Assembly (NCBI RefSeq): GCF_009914755.1
Contig: NC_060936.1
Length of the DNA stretch: 64,000 nt
Source of the DNA: the human T2T-CHM13v2.0 reference genome, Homo sapiens
Reading direction: 5' to 3' (one strand)
The notes beneath the pieces are model-generated. The model was not told the origin of the DNA. It searched no databases and saw nothing but the letters and a program-made list of their open reading frames with translations. The position numbers and the translations under genes are program-made. Shown here in pieces: positions 58,440 to 64,000 of this stretch. Position 1 is the stretch's first letter. Each line of letters starts with the position of its first letter.

Positions 58440-60634
58440 GTAAAAGAGCATTGATCATATTCCGAAGGTCGAGTCTTGAATAATAATGAAGGTGCTTGTT
58501 GCTGTTGTCAAAACGAGTGTTTGCTTCCAAGGCAGCTATAATGTGCTTGGTACAAAAATAATGGCTTAAGTTTGAGCAGAGCAGGGAGGAGGGTAATTAT
58601 TAATTGCATTGATTAGGGTATAAAACAGTGATGGGTCACTGGTGATTATTCTTTGCCCAGTAACAAAAACCTAGGAGGGACAGAAGCTCAGAGTGATGAT
58701 TTTTGCTTTCTTTTACTCTCAATGTAGAACTGAATGTGTAGCTGGGAAGTGAGCTAGTTTATTTAAAAATCAATAAATTGTGAGCTAGCCAATTTGTTGT
58801 GTTTATCTGCATGACTTACATTGCAGTGACTAGATTATTCACTATTACTTCTCAATTGGAAAGGAAAAATACTACTGGTCAAAAGGGAGGAAAGTAGACA
58901 TGGATGGAATTGGAGTTGAAAACAGGCATTTTTAGCCATGTAGAGTTCTTATGGTTCTCTTTGGTAGTTTTTCTTTAGCTGGTCAGTTTGTATTGTCCTC
59001 ATTTAGTAGACGTAGATGCACGAACTGATTAATTCATTTGTTCTAGGGCTCTGAGGAGTCGTCTACTTAACCTTTTGGGTTGCTGGTCTTACCTATGTTC
59101 TCACGCCTCCATTTTCTCACCCACTCACTCAGCCTTCTCCATTTACCCTCCCAAGTCTTTGGCGAGGTACACTCATCCTGCGTATCATCACTGCCATGTC
59201 CTGATACCCCAGCTCTGCCATATTGCCCTTCTTTTTTGCGGTATGATGACCACATAGAGGCCCAACCTCTTAAACACATCAATACCAATGATCACATTTC
59301 AATCTAGACTTCTAAGCAACGGCTGAAATCTCTCCAGGCCAAAGGAGAGTTTGTATCACCTTACCAGAAGCTTCTCCGGAACAATTGGCCAGAAGCCTAG
59401 AGTTCAGAAACCCAGACACATGCAGTAAGCAATTTCCAGTTTCTCTATAATTTAGAAGAGGACACCATGATATGTAATGCGGGGTCTGGAGGTTGGAATG
59501 CCTCCATAAAACACCTGCCATATTTTTTGGTCCAAGCCTTAGTGTTATAAATCAAGAAGGCTGTAAATAAGACTTCAGCTTTTTGTGCTGGTGAAGTTTG
59601 TTTCCTTTAACTTATCCTCCAAGAGTACCGAGGCACCGAGATCTACCATTTGCCACCTCATCCATTTCTATGGCAGAACACCGCCTGGGGAAAGGAATTC
59701 GATTCCCCGAATCAGGATGACTGTGTGGGGCTTCTGCAAAGGTTGCATCACGAGTCCTATTTCTGAGCTATCTGAGATCCCCATTAAGAATTTAAAAGCA
59801 ATAAAATAACGGAGATTTTTGACTATCAACATGAATGCTGTGTGGGCTTTTACAGTTAATGATTGCCCTTGAGTGCTGAATAATCTGTGGCCTGAAAAAA
59901 GAAATGTTCTTATCTTCTAAATTTGGTAATCAAGAACAAGATAGAGTAATGAATGTAAAGGAACACTGTTGCAAGTTGAGTGTTTCCAAAAAAAAAAAAA
60001 AAAAAAAGATCCCAGGAACAATGCTACCTTATTTTAGGAGAAGAGAGATAGTTGCAAAGGAGGCAAACTGATTTAACTCAGTGTTGTGTATAATCTTGAA
60101 AAACAACTGGGAAAGTCATAAAAATTGAAGTCAGAAGTTGTTTAAAGGAGAGAACCCAGGAAAAAACATGCATAAATTTGTCAGAACCCTTTCAAGAAGA
60201 CCTAAGTCAAAACTGATTTTATAATAATTAAGAAAAGATAGAACAGGGAAACAGATCGTAAGAAGACAATGCCACTTAAATGCATTCCAGGCTGCAGATA
60301 AGTCCTGGTATTAATTAGGCTCTTTATGGATTGATCAGAAGCCGAATCCTCTAGGCCTGGAGGTTGGGGGCTGTGGGGGTAGGATTTGGGTGTTCAGCAC
60401 CTACAAAAAAGCAACAGGCAAAATCCAGAGGAGATTGTAGGTTCTCAAAGGAGGCCAGGGTTCTTTGCTCTGCCTGTCGGTTTTGGCTTTTAAAGCCTTG
60501 CTTTTTATTTTATTGACTCTTCTTTGCTTTGCATAAAGTAGGAGAAGAAATAAGGGTAGGCAGAGGATCTAAGCTGAAGAAAAGGGAAATTTGAATGAAA
60601 GGAGGAAGCAGCCTTAAAACTCAGAGAGCCACGG

Positions 60635-61297
<663 letters not shown>

Positions 61298-61849
61298 ACA
61301 CAGAGAGAACCAGGGCGGCACTTCCGTATTTACGATTAAGAATCAACCTGTTTCTCCTGTCTATTTACATGAAGTTGGTTCAGCAGAAAAATATTAAGAA
61401 CCAGAAAATGCAAACCTAGGGTCTGGGGGTTTTTTTGGTTTGTTTTTTTGGGGCTTTTTTGCTTTTTACTAGGGGAGGATATGGCCAAAATAGTTTCAGG
61501 TCTTTTGCTTGGGCTTGCAGATTTGAAACTATGAAGCAAAATTCTCTACAGAAGAAATTTACTTCACAAGATATAAAATTAGCTCAAAGTTTCTATTATT
61601 ATCAAAAAAGAAGAAAAACTTGAATGTTTTGAGTTTAGAGTCTCATTCTGTGGACTTAAAGTATTGCTTAACATACTTTTAAAGTTTAACCATTGATTTT
61701 TAATAAGATTGATGATACACTATAAACCCTTTTTATATTCCAGAGCTACCTAGCATTTAGAAACCAGTGGGGTGATAGCATTGTGGTCTAGTTTGCTATA
61801 AATTAGGAATAAAACCAGTAATGATAACTGACACAGGGCACTTACTCTG

Positions 61850-62030
61850 CACCCATTTTATTTTCACACTAAACCTCTGAGGTGGGAACCATTACTGTCC
61901 CCATTTCAGAGATGAGGCAAGTCAGACACAGAGAGGTTAGGTAACACATCCCACGTCATGTGACCAGTATGTGATTAAAACCAGGACTGGAACCCAAGTA
62001 GTTTGGTCCAGATTCTATGCTTTTAACTAC
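61850..62030 (-). mobile_element. MIR
   Basis: MIR core (ccccatttcagagatgaggcaag...cagagaggttaggtaac). Confidence 0.7.
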
Positions 62031-62482
62031 CCCCTGTCTTTCAATATCATTGTGTATTGAAACAGTAGATGCTACTTAGGTAAGACTTGTAAAACTTAAC
62101 AACGTAATTTAGTCTTTATCTTTAGAAGGTAAATTGCTTGAAGAGGGGTCTGATATTTGCATAATCTTCATCAATGACCCCTTCTTTAACTCTTAAATCA
62201 CTTCTTCTAAAACGTGGGATGATACCTTCATCTACCAAACCTGGAACTAATGCCATGATAATTATTATTCTTAGAGGCTTTCGGAATTCAGTGGCGTTTC
62301 TTGAAAGCTGAATAATTATTTATTATGTATTAGAGAATACGCAGCCACCATAAACCCAGGGGCGCTTCAGATTAGCAAATAGTGTCTCTACTTTATTAAA
62401 ACGGACTTGGGTATTATAACAAAAATACACTCTTCATTTCCTTTGGATGTTATGAATAATAAAAGTGTCTCCTTCCTCTCAG

Positions 62483-62521
62483 TCAGGTGGCTTCACCCAC
62501 ATCTTCACTGAAGATATGCAT
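62483..62521 (+). CDS. PLXNC1: PLXNC1 exon 18, 39-nt small exon: SGGFTHIFTEDMH
   Basis: ccttcctctcag| acceptor, CAT|gtaagt donor; phase 0-0; fills the gap in the recalled protein sequence. Confidence 0.92.
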
Positions 62522-62755
62522 GTAAGTCTCTACGTTTTCATTTTTAGCCCAGTGACTGCCTGATGTTCATAGTGTTATCATCATCACTATCATCTCCATT
62601 ATTATTACTTTGAATTTTTATTGTGGGTTTTTTTTGGATCATGAATTCAATATTGAATAATTCATTGTCTTGGAAAACCCATTGTGGGTCTACTTTCTAA
62701 CTTTAAACTTATATATGATTTTGTATTATACTATATATTTTTTTCTTTTTATCAG

Positions 62756-62880
62756 AACAGAGACGCCAACGACAAGAATGAAAGTCTCACAGCTTTGGAT
62801 GCCCTAATCTGTAATAAAAGCTTTCTTGTTACTGTCATCCACACCCTTGAAAAGCAGAAGAACTTTTCTGTGAAGGACAG
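62756..62880 (+). CDS. PLXNC1: PLXNC1 exon 19, 125 nt: NRDANDKNESLTALDALICNKSFLVTVIHTLEKQKNFSVKD(R)
   Basis: ctttttatcag| acceptor, AG|gtatta donor; plexin NK.FL...I.TLE.Q..FS..DR motif. Confidence 0.97.
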
Positions 62881-62927
62881 GTATTAGTCCATTCTTTGAT
62901 GTTTTAAAAGCCTTTAAGAAAAAATCA

Positions 62928-63060
62928 GGCCGGGCATGGTGGCTCATGGCTGTAATCCCAGCATTTTGGGAGGCCAAGGCAGGCAATCACTTGAGGCCAG
63001 GAGTTCAAGACCAGCCTGACCAACACAGCAAAACCTTGTCTCTACAAAAAAAAAAAAAAA
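62928..63060 (+). mobile_element. Alu left monomer
   Basis: Alu 5' half with A tail. Confidence 0.85.
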
Positions 63061-63208
63061 GAGAGAGAAATCAAACCTGAGTCCCATATTTTATTTCCAA
63101 ACCACTATCTGAACTTGGTATCTTGAGAACATGCACTTTTCCAAAGGCTATTTGATTGGGAGTTTATGCAGCCTTCTCTCCATTTTAGATCATACCACCC
63201 CAACACAA

Positions 63209-63503
63209 TTTTTTTGTTGTTGTTGTTGGAGTCTCACTCTGTGGCCCAGGCTGAAGTGTGTGATCATAGGTCACTGCAGCCTCATCCTCCTGGGCTCAAG
63301 CTACCCTCCTGCCTCAGCCTCCCCAAGTAGCTGGAACTACAGGTGCATGCCACCACACCCAGCTAATGTTTTGTTGTTGTTGTAGTAGAGATGGGGTCTT
63401 GCTATATTGCCCAGGCTGGTCTCAAATTCCTGACCTCAGGTGATCTGCCTGCTTTAGACTCCTAAAGTGCTGGGATTATAGGCGTGAACCACCATGCCCG
63501 GCC
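63209..63503 (-). mobile_element. AluJ
   Basis: Antisense Alu with (TTG)n-degenerated tails. Confidence 0.87.
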
Positions 63504-63787
63504 CATAAATTCTTAATAAAAAAAGCAGAAGTGTTAATTTTTATTTTTAAAACATCCCGAAACTTTGGAAGACTCACATCTTGTTACCACTCTAGTTTAA
63601 ATGCTGAAAACACAGAAAATGTTCTAGAGATAGAAGTGGTTAGAATCTAAACATTAAAAAAAAAAAAAAAAAAGCTCCCAACCCAACAGGCCAGCTCCCT
63701 GCCCTGCCAGTGAGCTTCCATGGAAACTCCCATGGGTGTCCAGCTAGGCCTGCAGCCAATGGTTCACCCAGCTCTCTTTTTCAACAG

Positions 63788-63986
63788 GTGTCTGTTTGCC
63801 TCCTTCCTAACCATTGCACTGCAAACCAAGCTGGTCTACCTGACCAGCATCCTAGAGGTGCTGACCAGGGACTTGATGGAACAGTGTAGTAACATGCAGC
63901 CGAAACTCATGCTGAGACGCACGGAGTCCGTCGTCGAAAAACTCCTCACAAACTGGATGTCCGTCTGCCTTTCTGGATTTCTCCGG
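63788..63986 (+). CDS. PLXNC1: PLXNC1 exon 20, 199 nt, GAP segment: (R)[66 protein letters not shown]
   Basis: tttcaacag| acceptor, CGG|gtaagt donor; [20 protein letters not shown] plexin GAP signature with the conserved arginines. Confidence 0.97.
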
Positions 63987-64000
63987 GTAAGTGTCACATC

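Noticed and set aside
59047-60007. Processed pseudogene suggested by the A20 tract
   Set aside because: No TSD, no recognisable parent ORF, and AATAAA is about 180 nt from the A tract; kept only as a weak terminal-exon candidate

Overview
Human (primate) genomic DNA from the middle of PLXNC1 (plexin C1, the SEMA7A / viral semaphorin receptor) on the + strand. I traced 16 coding exons by hand. All have GT-AG boundaries and compatible phases, and they splice into one open 2,011-nt frame. That frame covers the end of PSI-1, the PSI/IPT ectodomain repeats, the transmembrane helix and the start of the cytoplasmic GAP region (probably exons 5-20, about aa 480-1150, numbering from memory). The introns are mostly transposable-element remnants (Alu, L1, L2, MIR, CR1/L3, MaLR LTRs, hAT MITEs) and microsatellites. 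Almost all ORF-track entries are spurious. I found no new gene system. The most notable structures not explained by exons or ordinary repeats are: (1) a ~230-bp non-Alu inverted repeat with a 1.2-kb spacer in the intron before exon 13, one arm apparently pasted into an L2; (2) an in-frame intronic ATG just upstream of the first cytoplasmic exon that could start a membrane-less GAP-only isoform; (3) serial Alu insertions sharing one triplicated 17-bp target site; (4) a 29-bp tandem duplication that doubles the putative branch point of exon 5; (5) a young AluYa-lineage insertion facing an inverted AluY.
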